NCBI GenBank assembly: GCA_048884785.1
Contig: JBHLQM010000017.1
Location: 18,284 to 53,244, forward strand
Source: Candidatus Thorarchaeota archaeon
Lineage (GTDB): Archaea; Asgardarchaeota; Thorarchaeia; Thorarchaeales; Thorarchaeaceae
Direction of reading: 5' to 3'
Length of the DNA: 34,961 nt
Made by a program: the position numbers and the translations under genes. How positions within the stretch are numbered: position 1 is the first letter of the stretch; every line of letters begins with the position of its first letter. The notes below the pieces were generated by a model. The model worked only from the letters and a program-made list of their open reading frames with translations, did no database searches and was not told where the DNA came from. Of the stretch, positions 26,296 to 34,961 are shown piece by piece.

Positions 26296-29076
26296 CTACA
26301 TGTCACCCCCATATGGTCCTGATTCTGCCCAACTCGCATTCAATGACTCAGCAATATTAATTCGTGTGGTCAAGGCGGCGACAACGGCGATAAACACGAT
26401 TACTGATACAACAAAGAAGAGCAAGACGCTTATCATCGTAATTAGAGGATAGATTGGATAAACAGGAATTGGATACGTATAGTATGATGTCTTATATGTC
26501 ATGAGAGTATTGGAGATATATAGCGGGGCATATCCTGCAAGCAGAACAAGACCTGCACCAACAAGAACGACCATCTCCGCGATTTGAGCTTTTATGACAA
26601 CGCTCCTATCCCCACCCATCGAGCGGATGAGTGCGATCTCTCTTTTGCGTGCTGTCGCACCCTCAAAGGCATAGATACTGAAAGCCGCGAATATTACGAC
26701 TGAAGAGGCAATTGTTAGCATTGTATCAACAGCACGGTCAATCTTATAGGATGTCTTCTGTGTGAAATAATCTACTTCATAGCTAGCCGAAGTCCAATCC
26801 CATTCGGTTATCAGGAGTGAGCCGCCTTGATTCAAAACATCCTCGACCAATTGTGTGCTATTCGAGCCCTCTGGGGTTCTAACGCAGAGAACATTGTGTG
26901 TTGAATTTGCCAGATTAATTATGGAACCGAAATAATTGCGATTTACCCAAATTGTGTTGGAACCCATTACTTCAAAGTAAGGAGTATAGAAATACGGACT
27001 GTCGGTTCCTGTATCTCTATAGATTGCGTTTGAGAGCACTTCCGAAATTCCTACCACGGTGAAAACAAAGATTTCCTCAGCACCTTCCCAATCAAATGAG
27101 AATCCTCTCAATGAGTCACCAACTCCTAGGTTATAGGAGTCTGCTATATCTCTAGAAATGATTGTACCTGACGGCGTGGAAATTAAAGCTTGCAGCAGTG
27201 GCGCAAGCTCAGATTCATTCAATTGCACTCCTCTATAATCATACCCCACATATTGATACTCTTCTGGATCAATTGCCATTACAAAGGCGTAATCCCAGTA
27301 ATCAGAAGAAAGGCGTATTTCTGAGATTGAAACCATCGAAGAAGCAAGGCACAGTTCATGTTCAGATACATTTGCCCTGAAATCATCCCATAGAGGAGTT
27401 GGGTAACTTCCAAGATGAAATGATGCATCACCTCCAAAAGTGAACCGAGCTTGGTTTAGCTTGGTTGTTGGCATGGAAGCACCGATTATCGCATAGGTCC
27501 AGGCTATGCTCATTGAAAGAACAAGTACAAGAATTGCTGGTCCTGCCGAGGATGCGCTCTTGCCAATACGTCTGACACCAACAGAGGAGGGCAAAACTCC
27601 AATTACTTTATTCATCCCACGTGAAATGTGGATGGCGCCTCTGCGGAGGACTTTGATGCTTAGGCTTCCAATAGCAATGAATAATGCCAATGGAATGTAA
27701 CCTGCAATCATTGAAAAGAAGTAACTATATTGAAGAATTGGACCCAACCCTGATACAGCGACAAGAAAGAGAATTGAAAGCACAAGTAACACGATATCCC
27801 ATTTAATGAATATCAGCACTCTAGATAATTTCTGAAGCTTTCCTTCACTCTCCTCTATTCTTCTCTTTGTAGAGAATACTGCATTATATCCGAACCAGGT
27901 GAAGACGGGTAGAAAGAATCCAACAATTACTGCAATAACAAGGGAATCCAAACTAATCAGGAATGGTTCAGTAAAGAACTTATCCGGAGAGAAGACAAAG
28001 TATCCTTCAGAAGCAAGGCCAAATCTACTAAATAGCAATCCAAGGGCCAAGCCTGTTATTGCGCCAATTGCAGAGAGTCCCACGATTTCCTTCAGCATGC
28101 GCCTCTCTATGTCTCCTACGGATGCGCCACGCGACATGAGCATATTGTTCTCATATCTTTTCTCATTCATGTTATGACGGATGGCAAGGAATAGCACAAG
28201 TACGACCAGTACAATGACTCCCCCCGCGCGAAGTAGCTGACTATACCTCATACTGGATTGCCAGTTGATGTACATACTAACCGCTTGGGACAATCGGTCA
28301 TCTACCCAAAATGAACCGTAGTAGTATTGCGGACTGTAGCCTGGTTCTAGCTCTCTAATTGATTGTTCTATATTGAGAAGATACCCCAATGAACCTGCGG
28401 CATTGAATGGAGTGAGCGGAGACCTATCGATCTCAATATCAACCATTCCCTCATCTTCGAATGGATTTAGTCTATCTTGAGTGACAATTGCGATTGCACT
28501 ACCGTACCAAAAATAGTACACATCGTCGCTTGTGACTTGTCCAAAGATTCCGACCACAACCATAGCAAATGGTTCTGCTGGTCTATCAGGCTCATAACTA
28601 TAATTGACCAATCCATTGACAACTACATCGAGCTGTTCAGCCACTCTTCTGTCCAATGCAATCTCTGAGCTATTTTCAGGAAATCTCCCCTCAATTAGAT
28701 CGAACCTTTCTGGAAAGCCCTCAAAATAGTCGGCGTCCGGTGCAACGAGTGTACCCCAGATATCCATGTCATCAATAGAACCAATACGTGGTCTAAGGAC
28801 ACCCCATGAGCCTGCAATATAATGTGCCTTTGTAACTTCTGGGAGAGAACGAATTTCATCAACATAGTTCTCGATATTATTACCATGCGCTGACATGGCG
28901 ACTTCTCCCACTTCGCCCACCAAGTTATTCCATTCGTGGACCGAGAAGGAATCAACATACACCAGAATGCCCATTGCCATTGATGAAGCAAGCAGGATGC
29001 AGAGTAGTGATACACTCTTGCGACGAAGGCCCTGTAACGGTTCATAGCCAACTGGAACTGCCGACAAAGCTCGCAC
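26296..29076 (-). CDS. Large FtsX/MacB-like ABC permease (two FtsX modules)
   Basis: KRYENNMLMSRGAS, RKREIALIRSMGG and LIEGRFPENSSEIAL (MacB periplasmic-core-like). Confidence 0.9.
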   Translation of the reverse strand: MRALSAVPVGYEPLQGLRRKSVSLLCILLASSMAMGILVYVDSFSVHEWNNLVGEVGEVAMSAHGNNIENYVDEIRSLPEVTKAHYIAGSWGVLRPRIGSIDDMDIWGTLVAPDADYFEGFPERFDLIEGRFPENSSEIALDRRVAEQLDVVVNGLVNYSYEPDRPAEPFAMVVVGIFGQVTSDDVYYFWYGSAIAIVTQDRLNPFEDEGMVDIEIDRSPLTPFNAAGSLGYLLNIEQSIRELEPGYSPQYYYGSFWVDDRLSQAVSMYINWQSSMRYSQLLRAGGVIVLVVLVLFLAIRHNMNEKRYENNMLMSRGASVGDIERRMLKEIVGLSAIGAITGLALGLLFSRFGLASEGYFVFSPDKFFTEPFLISLDSLVIAVIVGFFLPVFTWFGYNAVFSTKRRIEESEGKLQKLSRVLIFIKWDIVLLVLSILFLVAVSGLGPILQYSYFFSMIAGYIPLALFIAIGSLSIKVLRRGAIHISRGMNKVIGVLPSSVGVRRIGKSASSAGPAILVLVLSMSIAWTYAIIGASMPTTKLNQARFTFGGDASFHLGSYPTPLWDDFRANVSEHELCLASSMVSISEIRLSSDYWDYAFVMAIDPEEYQYVGYDYRGVQLNESELAPLLQALISTPSGTIISRDIADSYNLGVGDSLRGFSFDWEGAEEIFVFTVVGISEVLSNAIYRDTGTDSPYFYTPYFEVMGSNTIWVNRNYFGSIINLANSTHNVLCVRTPEGSNSTQLVEDVLNQGGSLLITEWDWTSASYEVDYFTQKTSYKIDRAVDTMLTIASSVVIFAAFSIYAFEGATARKREIALIRSMGGDRSVVIKAQIAEMVVLVGAGLVLLAGYAPLYISNTLMTYKTSYYTYPIPVYPIYPLITMISVLLFFVVSVIVFIAVVAALTTRINIAESLNASWAESGPYGGDM

Positions 29077-29077
29077 C

Positions 29078-29779
29078 TCAGGTGATGTTCACAATTCTTC
29101 CATCACGCATATTGTAGACCTTATCCATCTTCTCGCCAACATCGGGATCATGAGTAACAACCAGAAGTGTTCCTCCTTCTCCTTTTGTGAGATTGATGAG
29201 AATCTTCATGATGTCCTCTCCAGTTTGAGTATCAAGATCTCCTGTCGGTTCGTCAGCTAATACAACCACCGAACTTGACGCCCCGGGAGGTTTTGCAAGA
29301 GCACGAGCTATTGCAATTCGCTGTTGCTCTCCCCCAGAGAGCTCATCAGGACGGTGGTCAGCTCTCTCAGAGAGGCCAACCAATCCCAGAAGATGGTCCA
29401 CACGTTCTTTTCTTTGGGATTCTTCAACGCCCCCAATAAGCAATGGAAGTTCCACATTCTCATATGCGGAAAGGACAGGCAAAAGATTGAAGAATTGAAA
29501 GACGAAACTAATCTTGTTTCTTCGAACGCCAGTTAGCTCTTTCTCATTCATCGTCGTGATATCGACACCATCGATAACCACTCTTCCAGATGTGGGTCTG
29601 TCGAGTGCACCAATGAGGTTAAGCAATGTCGTTTTGCCAGAGCCAGAGGGACCCATAATCCCTATAGCTTCACCTCGGTGTACTTTTAGAGATACACCCC
29701 TAAGTGCAGGAACTTGGATATCGCCCATAGTGTAGATTCTTGAAACGTCGTTAAGGTCCACGATAGTATCATTCGCCAT
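29078..29779 (-). CDS. LolD/MacB-type ABC ATPase
   Basis: GPSGSGKT, FVFQFFNL, LSGGEQQR, LADEPTGDLD and VTHD. Confidence 0.95.
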   Translation of the reverse strand: MANDTIVDLNDVSRIYTMGDIQVPALRGVSLKVHRGEAIGIMGPSGSGKTTLLNLIGALDRPTSGRVVIDGVDITTMNEKELTGVRRNKISFVFQFFNLLPVLSAYENVELPLLIGGVEESQRKERVDHLLGLVGLSERADHRPDELSGGEQQRIAIARALAKPPGASSSVVVLADEPTGDLDTQTGEDIMKILINLTKGEGGTLLVVTHDPDVGEKMDKVYNMRDGRIVNIT

Positions 29780-29854
29780 TTATTCCCTCTCCGAAGTCAT
29801 CAATGCTGACCGGAATTGAAAGCATTTTAGGATTTCTTTTGAAGTATAGGAACT

Positions 29855-29880
29855 AGCAAATAATGTACTACTTATTTGCT
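29855..29880. promoter_or_regulatory. 9-8-9 inverted repeat upstream of the ABC operon, candidate operator
   Basis: AGCAAATAA-TGTACTAC-TTATTTGCT in the divergent intergenic region. Confidence 0.45.
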
Positions 29881-30011
29881 GTGTTTTCATACATATTGAT
29901 TTCAAATCAGGCTCATGGCAACGTATCAACTAATATTGCGTAGTAAGACATAGGTTTATTTCTCTAAATGACTTCTCTACATAAAGAATAGTTTGAGAGA
30001 GACCAATACAA

Positions 30012-30650
30012 ATGTCTGACGAACTCATGACCATGAAGTACGAATTCTTCAGCCGGAAGGGATTTTTGGCGGCAGCCATTGTGATATCGGTTTCTCTAGT
30101 TTTGCAGTCTTTCTTTGGTTTCCCAGAGATTTGGACTGCTCGGCCAATCGAGTACATAGTGCTTATCATTGCCTCTGCTTTGATAGTCGGATTTGCGGGA
30201 GGAAGTGTGCTTGTCTTCCTATTTCCTCCTGATCAGGATGTGATAGGAGTGGCTGGTCTTGGAAGTGACGATGCGACTCAACATATAGCACTCTTTCTCG
30301 TTATACTTGCACTTGTACAGCCTTTACTATCAGGTTTCTTTCTCTTCTTTGAGTACTTTGGGAATGATCCCTTTGCTGTGATTTGGGTCATTGTTGGATT
30401 CGCTGCTCCAAGCGCCGGATTTGCCGTTTCGATGTACGATCGGACAAGGGCTATTGCCTCTGACCTCGAGGAATACTTTAAGCAAAACAAGAAACTCGAT
30501 CTTACATCACTTGATTGGCTTTTAGGACTTGGACCTAGAACTGCTGTATATAGAATGGGTATGCTTGAGAATGCTGCATCCAGAGTAAAGGGAATTAGAT
30601 TCAGAGGTCACGAGATAATAAAAGATCCAGACCAATTTGCCATTACCTAG
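30012..30650 (+). CDS. Hypothetical membrane protein (about 4 TM helices plus soluble C-terminal domain)
   Basis: Long ORF filling the gap, with a hydrophobic N-terminal two-thirds. Confidence 0.8.
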   Translation: MSDELMTMKYEFFSRKGFLAAAIVISVSLVLQSFFGFPEIWTARPIEYIVLIIASALIVGFAGGSVLVFLFPPDQDVIGVAGLGSDDATQHIALFLVILALVQPLLSGFFLFFEYFGNDPFAVIWVIVGFAAPSAGFAVSMYDRTRAIASDLEEYFKQNKKLDLTSLDWLLGLGPRTAVYRMGMLENAASRVKGIRFRGHEIIKDPDQFAIT

Positions 30651-30665
30651 TTGAACCACGATAAT

Positions 30666-30980
30666 CTAGGAGTGCTTTTGCTTCATGTGAGCAGCAAGAC
30701 CCTCTTCAGTCCATGCAACCCAGCTACATTTCAAACAGGAGAGCTTTCTGCTACCCACTCCGAATCGAGGTGCAGGTTTCTCTTCAACCTCATAGATTGT
30801 TCCGCCATAACCACTCCTTTTCTTGGTTCCAATTTTGAATCGCTTCCTGAAGCAATCTTCACATATTCCCTGTTTTTTCATCTCTTCCGTGACAAAGCTA
30901 TCTTCAAGGGTTTTTACCGGAGGTGGAGTCCCTCTTTCTTCCCCACAACTCTCGCATAGTCCGTCTGTTATGGTTACCAA
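30666..30980 (-). CDS. Small double zinc-finger protein (C4 plus C2H2)
   Basis: CESC-x27-CEDC and C-terminal CLKC-x12-H-x4-H; TTG start. Confidence 0.8.
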   Translation of the reverse strand: MVTITDGLCESCGEERGTPPPVKTLEDSFVTEEMKKQGICEDCFRKRFKIGTKKRSGYGGTIYEVEEKPAPRFGVGSRKLSCLKCSWVAWTEEGLAAHMKQKHS

Positions 30981-31078
30981 CCTTCCTATCTGCAGGTACT
31001 CAAGTATCGTGATATTGCAGATATAATAATCCGCCTTATTTGCTTTATCAGTATCTGGAATCGAGAAATAAGTGGGAC

Positions 31079-32590
31079 TTAGGGTTCCTGGAGTGAGGTC
31101 ACATAAAATTCGCTAGCGGTTCTAAAAACATCCTCAGTTCCTTCGCCGGTTAGACATGATGTTTCTATGAATGCTATGGGATGCAGCCTGCCTTCAACTC
31201 CAATGCTTTTGGCAAGACTTTCAGCATATTTGAATCCCTCATCGCTTGTTACAGGAGGTTCGAGTGGATCAGGTTCACCCATATCTCTGACATCCTTCTT
31301 GTTTCCCACAAGAATGATGGGAGGCGGCACTATCTGTTTTACTGTAGCCTCTTTTAGCCAAAAGTCCAAGCTCTCAAAGCTCCAGCGATCAGCAACAGAA
31401 TAGACGATGATAATTACATTCGCCTCAGCATAGAACTGCTTCCTCGGAATTCGTGCATTTACTGCATCATCGAACGACCAGACATTGATATCTACTCGAT
31501 AATCTTCGAGTTGGACAATTGCCGACCTGATGTATTGCTTGGGATCTCCGTCAATTTCAGGTCCCTCTTGAATTTTGAGTCCAGCTCTTTCCATAATACT
31601 ATGCTTTCCGACACCCACCTCACCAAGGATTACTACCTTTGCTCCTACTAGGGGACGAACTGCATGCTTTGGCGTCTTCTTGGTCCTTGAGGCGGTCGCC
31701 TCTTCAAGCGAAACTGATCCCTGAATTTCCGTTTCTATGATTCTATCTTCTTGATCAGACATTGCTAAGATTTGCTCATCATCTTCTGCTTGAATAATCG
31801 CTTCCTCAAGATCCTCGATTGATTCGGCTTTCTCAAGTTCTTCTATCCGTGGTGTTGCTTCATCTTCGGATTCAATGACAGGAGTTTCTCTTAGAGGTCT
31901 GGTTGGTTCCGTTGCGCTTGAAGCTGAAGCTGCAACAATTTCCTCTGAGCCCGATAGCGCAATACGTATCTGTGGCTTCATATTGGTTGTAGGTTTTTCT
32001 ACGGTTTTGTTCTCTAGACTTGGGGCCATAAAGGCGTCGCTAAGAGATTCTACTGCGGACAGGGCATCTTCAATACCGGGTAGGTCCGTGTCATCTATAA
32101 CTGTGACCTCGCCAGGCACAACCCTCTTGTGTGGTGCCTCTTCATCTCTCTTGATGTCAGGCACTTCTTGCTCTTCATTTTCCTCCAATGACTGAACAGA
32201 AAAAACAGGCTCCGGCTTGGCTTCGATATCTTCAACTCTTTCAGTTTCTCGGGTGATTTTTTCAACAGTGGTTTGCTCGGAAATTATCATCTTTGCCTTT
32301 GGGACTCCGACTGCAATTAGTGATTCCTCCAATACTCCTGGTGGAAGAATCTTCCCTTGGAATTTGAAGAACACCTCTAGGTCTTCAAGCACTTCTCCAA
32401 AGGACCTATTTCTCGCTTTGATTTTCTTTTTTACTAGGCCTTTGTCACGTACCTCCACAAATCCTGGCATCAATGCGATTGTGACGGTTGTGCCCGGTAC
32501 TCTCAGATTTACCCAACTCCAAGGTGTTTGTTTGTGATATGTCTCTACATATCTTAACTGTTTTGTGAATATCTCCTTTGCGTTTGCCAT
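31079..32590 (-). CDS. Multidomain protein: N-terminal domain, acidic low-complexity linker, C-terminal Rab/Ras-like (pseudo)GTPase domain
   Basis: KVVILGEVGVGKHS, FYAEANVIIIVYSV..RWSFESL..WL, IILVGNKKD and FIETSCLTGEG. Confidence 0.88.
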   Translation of the reverse strand: MANAKEIFTKQLRYVETYHKQTPWSWVNLRVPGTTVTIALMPGFVEVRDKGLVKKKIKARNRSFGEVLEDLEVFFKFQGKILPPGVLEESLIAVGVPKAKMIISEQTTVEKITRETERVEDIEAKPEPVFSVQSLEENEEQEVPDIKRDEEAPHKRVVPGEVTVIDDTDLPGIEDALSAVESLSDAFMAPSLENKTVEKPTTNMKPQIRIALSGSEEIVAASASSATEPTRPLRETPVIESEDEATPRIEELEKAESIEDLEEAIIQAEDDEQILAMSDQEDRIIETEIQGSVSLEEATASRTKKTPKHAVRPLVGAKVVILGEVGVGKHSIMERAGLKIQEGPEIDGDPKQYIRSAIVQLEDYRVDINVWSFDDAVNARIPRKQFYAEANVIIIVYSVADRWSFESLDFWLKEATVKQIVPPPIILVGNKKDVRDMGEPDPLEPPVTSDEGFKYAESLAKSIGVEGRLHPIAFIETSCLTGEGTEDVFRTASEFYVTSLQEP

Positions 32591-32658
32591 TCTATCAGCC
32601 TACTATCTGAACAGAAAGAATTATGTCCCACGAACGATGAATTCATGTTGAATCTACT

Positions 32659-33219
32659 ATGACAGATATTGATTTTCGCGATTACGTTGAAGTGATTAAG
32701 GATTGGCCAGAACCTGGAAAGGCAGTGTGTGATATTAGTCGCTTATTGGAGCATCCAACGGTCTTTCACGAAGCTGTTGTAGTACTTGCAAAACCATTCT
32801 TGGATGTGCAACCCAACAAAGTGATAGGTATTGAGCAGAGAGGTCTCGCGCTGGGCAGTGCTATTGCATACTACTTAGGATGCGGGATTATTCCGGCTCG
32901 GTCAATTGCCTACCTTCCTGAGGATTATAGCAGACCTGTAGAGTTCATGCCGTCTAGCAGATTTGCTGATAGACGTCTTGCTCTTGTGGCAGATTCGATA
33001 GACCCTGGAGACCGAGTAGCTATTGTCGATGATTGGCTTATTCAAGGGACTTCAGTCCTTGCAGTAGAAAGAATTGTTGAGAAACTAGGTGCACAAGTAG
33101 TTGGGGTCGCATGCGTTATAAATAATTTAACTGAAGCGAGACGGAAACTACTTGGACGTCCGGAAATACATTCTCTCATAGAGAACCTAGAAACAGACGC
33201 CTTTTCTCCAGTAGATTAA
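32659..33219 (+). CDS. Adenine phosphoribosyltransferase-like type I PRTase with degenerate motifs
   Basis: DWPEPG..DIS.LL, GIEQRG and PGDRVAIVDD give an APRT-like architecture; catalytic loop and PRPP loop are atypical. Confidence 0.8.
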   Translation: MTDIDFRDYVEVIKDWPEPGKAVCDISRLLEHPTVFHEAVVVLAKPFLDVQPNKVIGIEQRGLALGSAIAYYLGCGIIPARSIAYLPEDYSRPVEFMPSSRFADRRLALVADSIDPGDRVAIVDDWLIQGTSVLAVERIVEKLGAQVVGVACVINNLTEARRKLLGRPEIHSLIENLETDAFSPVD

Positions 33220-33273
33220 TAGATTGATTCTGAGAAACTCGAAGAGGTTTGCAACATCGCAAGAATTCATCTT

Positions 33274-34941
33274 CTACTGGATTCTCAGCTCCCTTCTAAG
33301 TATTTTTCCAACCTGAGACTTAGGAAGAACATCTACAAATTCCACATCGGTTGGAATCTTATAGACTGCCATCCTCTCCTTACAGTACGCTTTGATTTCA
33401 TCAAATGTTGCAGTCTGACCCTTTTCAAGAACAATAAATGCCTTGACTGTTTCTCCTCGAGTTTCATCCGGTATTCCGATTACAGCAGCTTCATGTATTT
33501 TTGGATGTTCGAACAATATTTCTTCGACTTCATTAGGCCAGACCTTGTAGCCCGATGCGTTGATCAGGTCCTTTTTCCTGTCTACAATAAAGGTCCATCC
33601 ATCAGGGTCCATCCTAGCAATATCTCCTGTGAATAGCCATCCATCTGTTGAGAGAACGTCTGCGGTTTCATCCGGTCTTTTATGATAGGCCTTCATTATC
33701 TGAGGACCCTTAATGGCAAGTTCTCCAACTTCACCATAGGGAAGTTCTTTCTTTCTATCTTCAAGGCTAACAATTTTGGAATATGTACTTGGGAATGGGA
33801 GTCCTATTGAACCAACCTTTCTTAGTTCTTTATCCAAAGGATTGGCATGAGTCACTGGACTTGCTTCAGTTAGACCGTAACCTTCTATAATAATGGAGTT
33901 TGTTGCCTCTTCGAACTTCCTTGTAACTTCAGCAGGGAGTGCCATAGCACCAGCTATCGAAAGCTTCAACGATGTGATGTCGTATTTGGCAACTTCTGGA
34001 TGGCTGTAAATTCCTATAGCCAGCGTTGCAACGATGGGAAAGAAAGTTGGTTTCTCATCATTGATTCTCTTTAGTAGGTTTTTGATGTCTCTTGCATTAG
34101 GTATCAAAATAATGCTGCAGCCCCAAGAAATAGCGAGATTCATAGAAACAGTCTGGCCGAAGATGTGCTGAATGGGCAATGCTGCAACAAATTTTTCTTT
34201 TCCTCTTTCTGCCATCCATTCCATCCATGCTGCACATTGTTCGCAATTGGCCTTTAGATTATCATGCGTAAGCATAGCTGCTTTTGGAGTACCTGTAGTT
34301 CCTCCAGTGAATTGGTAAACTGCAATATCATTAGAAGGATTAATGGCGACAGCTGGAGGTTCGGGAATATTTCCTTCCATCCATAGGTTCCATAAGATAT
34401 CTCCAGAATGAAGAGTTGGGACTTCTTTCATCTCTTTCCTGTATTTGGTTCTGGGTGCAAGGATTTGTAAAAGCTTGCTCATCGGATCCCAGGCTGCTGT
34501 CACAATTATGTTCTCCAGACTACTCTCCGCTCTTACTGCATTTACTGTTTTGTAGAAGAAATTCAAAGCGACAATTGTTCTTGCTCCGGAATCTTGAAGA
34601 TATACTCTGAGTTCTTTTGGCATTGCTAGTGGATTTATCGGAGTTACAATGGCACCGCATTTGAGTGCTCCATAGTAGGCTATAACGAACTGAGGACAAT
34701 TTGGAAGCATTATCGCAACTGCATCTCCCTTTTTCACTCCCATTTTTGAGAAACCATAGGCTGCTTTATCGATTAGCTCCCCAAGTTCTCTGTATGTAAA
34801 CCTGACCCCTTCATAGAAAAGGGCTAGATTATCTGGATACTCCTTTACGGCCTTATCCACATAGGCAAAGAGAGGTCCCTCTGGAATAGAAATATCATGA
34901 GGGGTGCCGCCAACATACTTTTTCAACCATGGTCTTTCCAT
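33274..34941 (-). CDS. fadD: Long-chain fatty acid--CoA ligase
   Basis: QFTGGTTGTPKA, EGYGLTEASP, GWLFTGD, DRKKDLI and LPKSQVGKILRR. Confidence 0.93.
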   Translation of the reverse strand: MERPWLKKYVGGTPHDISIPEGPLFAYVDKAVKEYPDNLALFYEGVRFTYRELGELIDKAAYGFSKMGVKKGDAVAIMLPNCPQFVIAYYGALKCGAIVTPINPLAMPKELRVYLQDSGARTIVALNFFYKTVNAVRAESSLENIIVTAAWDPMSKLLQILAPRTKYRKEMKEVPTLHSGDILWNLWMEGNIPEPPAVAINPSNDIAVYQFTGGTTGTPKAAMLTHDNLKANCEQCAAWMEWMAERGKEKFVAALPIQHIFGQTVSMNLAISWGCSIILIPNARDIKNLLKRINDEKPTFFPIVATLAIGIYSHPEVAKYDITSLKLSIAGAMALPAEVTRKFEEATNSIIIEGYGLTEASPVTHANPLDKELRKVGSIGLPFPSTYSKIVSLEDRKKELPYGEVGELAIKGPQIMKAYHKRPDETADVLSTDGWLFTGDIARMDPDGWTFIVDRKKDLINASGYKVWPNEVEEILFEHPKIHEAAVIGIPDETRGETVKAFIVLEKGQTATFDEIKAYCKERMAVYKIPTDVEFVDVLPKSQVGKILRRELRIQ

Positions 34942-34961
34942 ATCTTTCTCTCTCCATACTT

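Noticed and set aside
1-34961. CRISPR array, tRNA/rRNA genes, IS elements or integrases
   Set aside because: I saw no regularly spaced repeats, cloverleaf or transposase/recombinase motifs by eye; tRNAscan-SE and Infernal would be needed to exclude small RNAs formally.

Overview
An archaeal chromosomal window. TBP, a Rab/Ras-like GTPase domain, an archaeal-type AsnRS and heavily N-glycosylatable Ig-like surface proteins suggest an Asgard archaeon, most like Thorarchaeia (inference). It holds about 33 intact-looking genes. These include a minimal Fe-S assembly locus (HTH regulator, iscS-like, iscU), a sirtuin, an epimerase, a lactate permease, an MBL hydrolase, FadH, a site-2 protease and tbp. 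They also include an accessory patch of surface and membrane genes with YgiD and a lysophospholipase, asnS, a four-gene MacB/LolCDE-type ABC system, a C4+C2H2 zinc-finger protein, a large Rab-like protein, an APRT-like protein and FadD. I found no rRNA, tRNA, CRISPR array or transposase. The main signals are: (1) three apparent pseudo-enzymes, namely an IscS lacking its PLP lysine and stacking histidine, a 503-aa Rab-like protein lacking G2/G3 and the P-loop Ser/Thr, and an APRT-like protein with degenerate catalytic motifs that is transcribed divergently from the Rab-like gene; (2) three TATA boxes arranged with dyad symmetry in front of tbp itself, suggesting TBP autoregulation; (3) a Cys/His-tailed HTH regulator with palindromic sites heading the Fe-S operon; (4) two decayed local duplications (the iscU 5' end and the 3' end of a surface-protein gene). 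All family assignments come from motif recognition by eye, not database searches.
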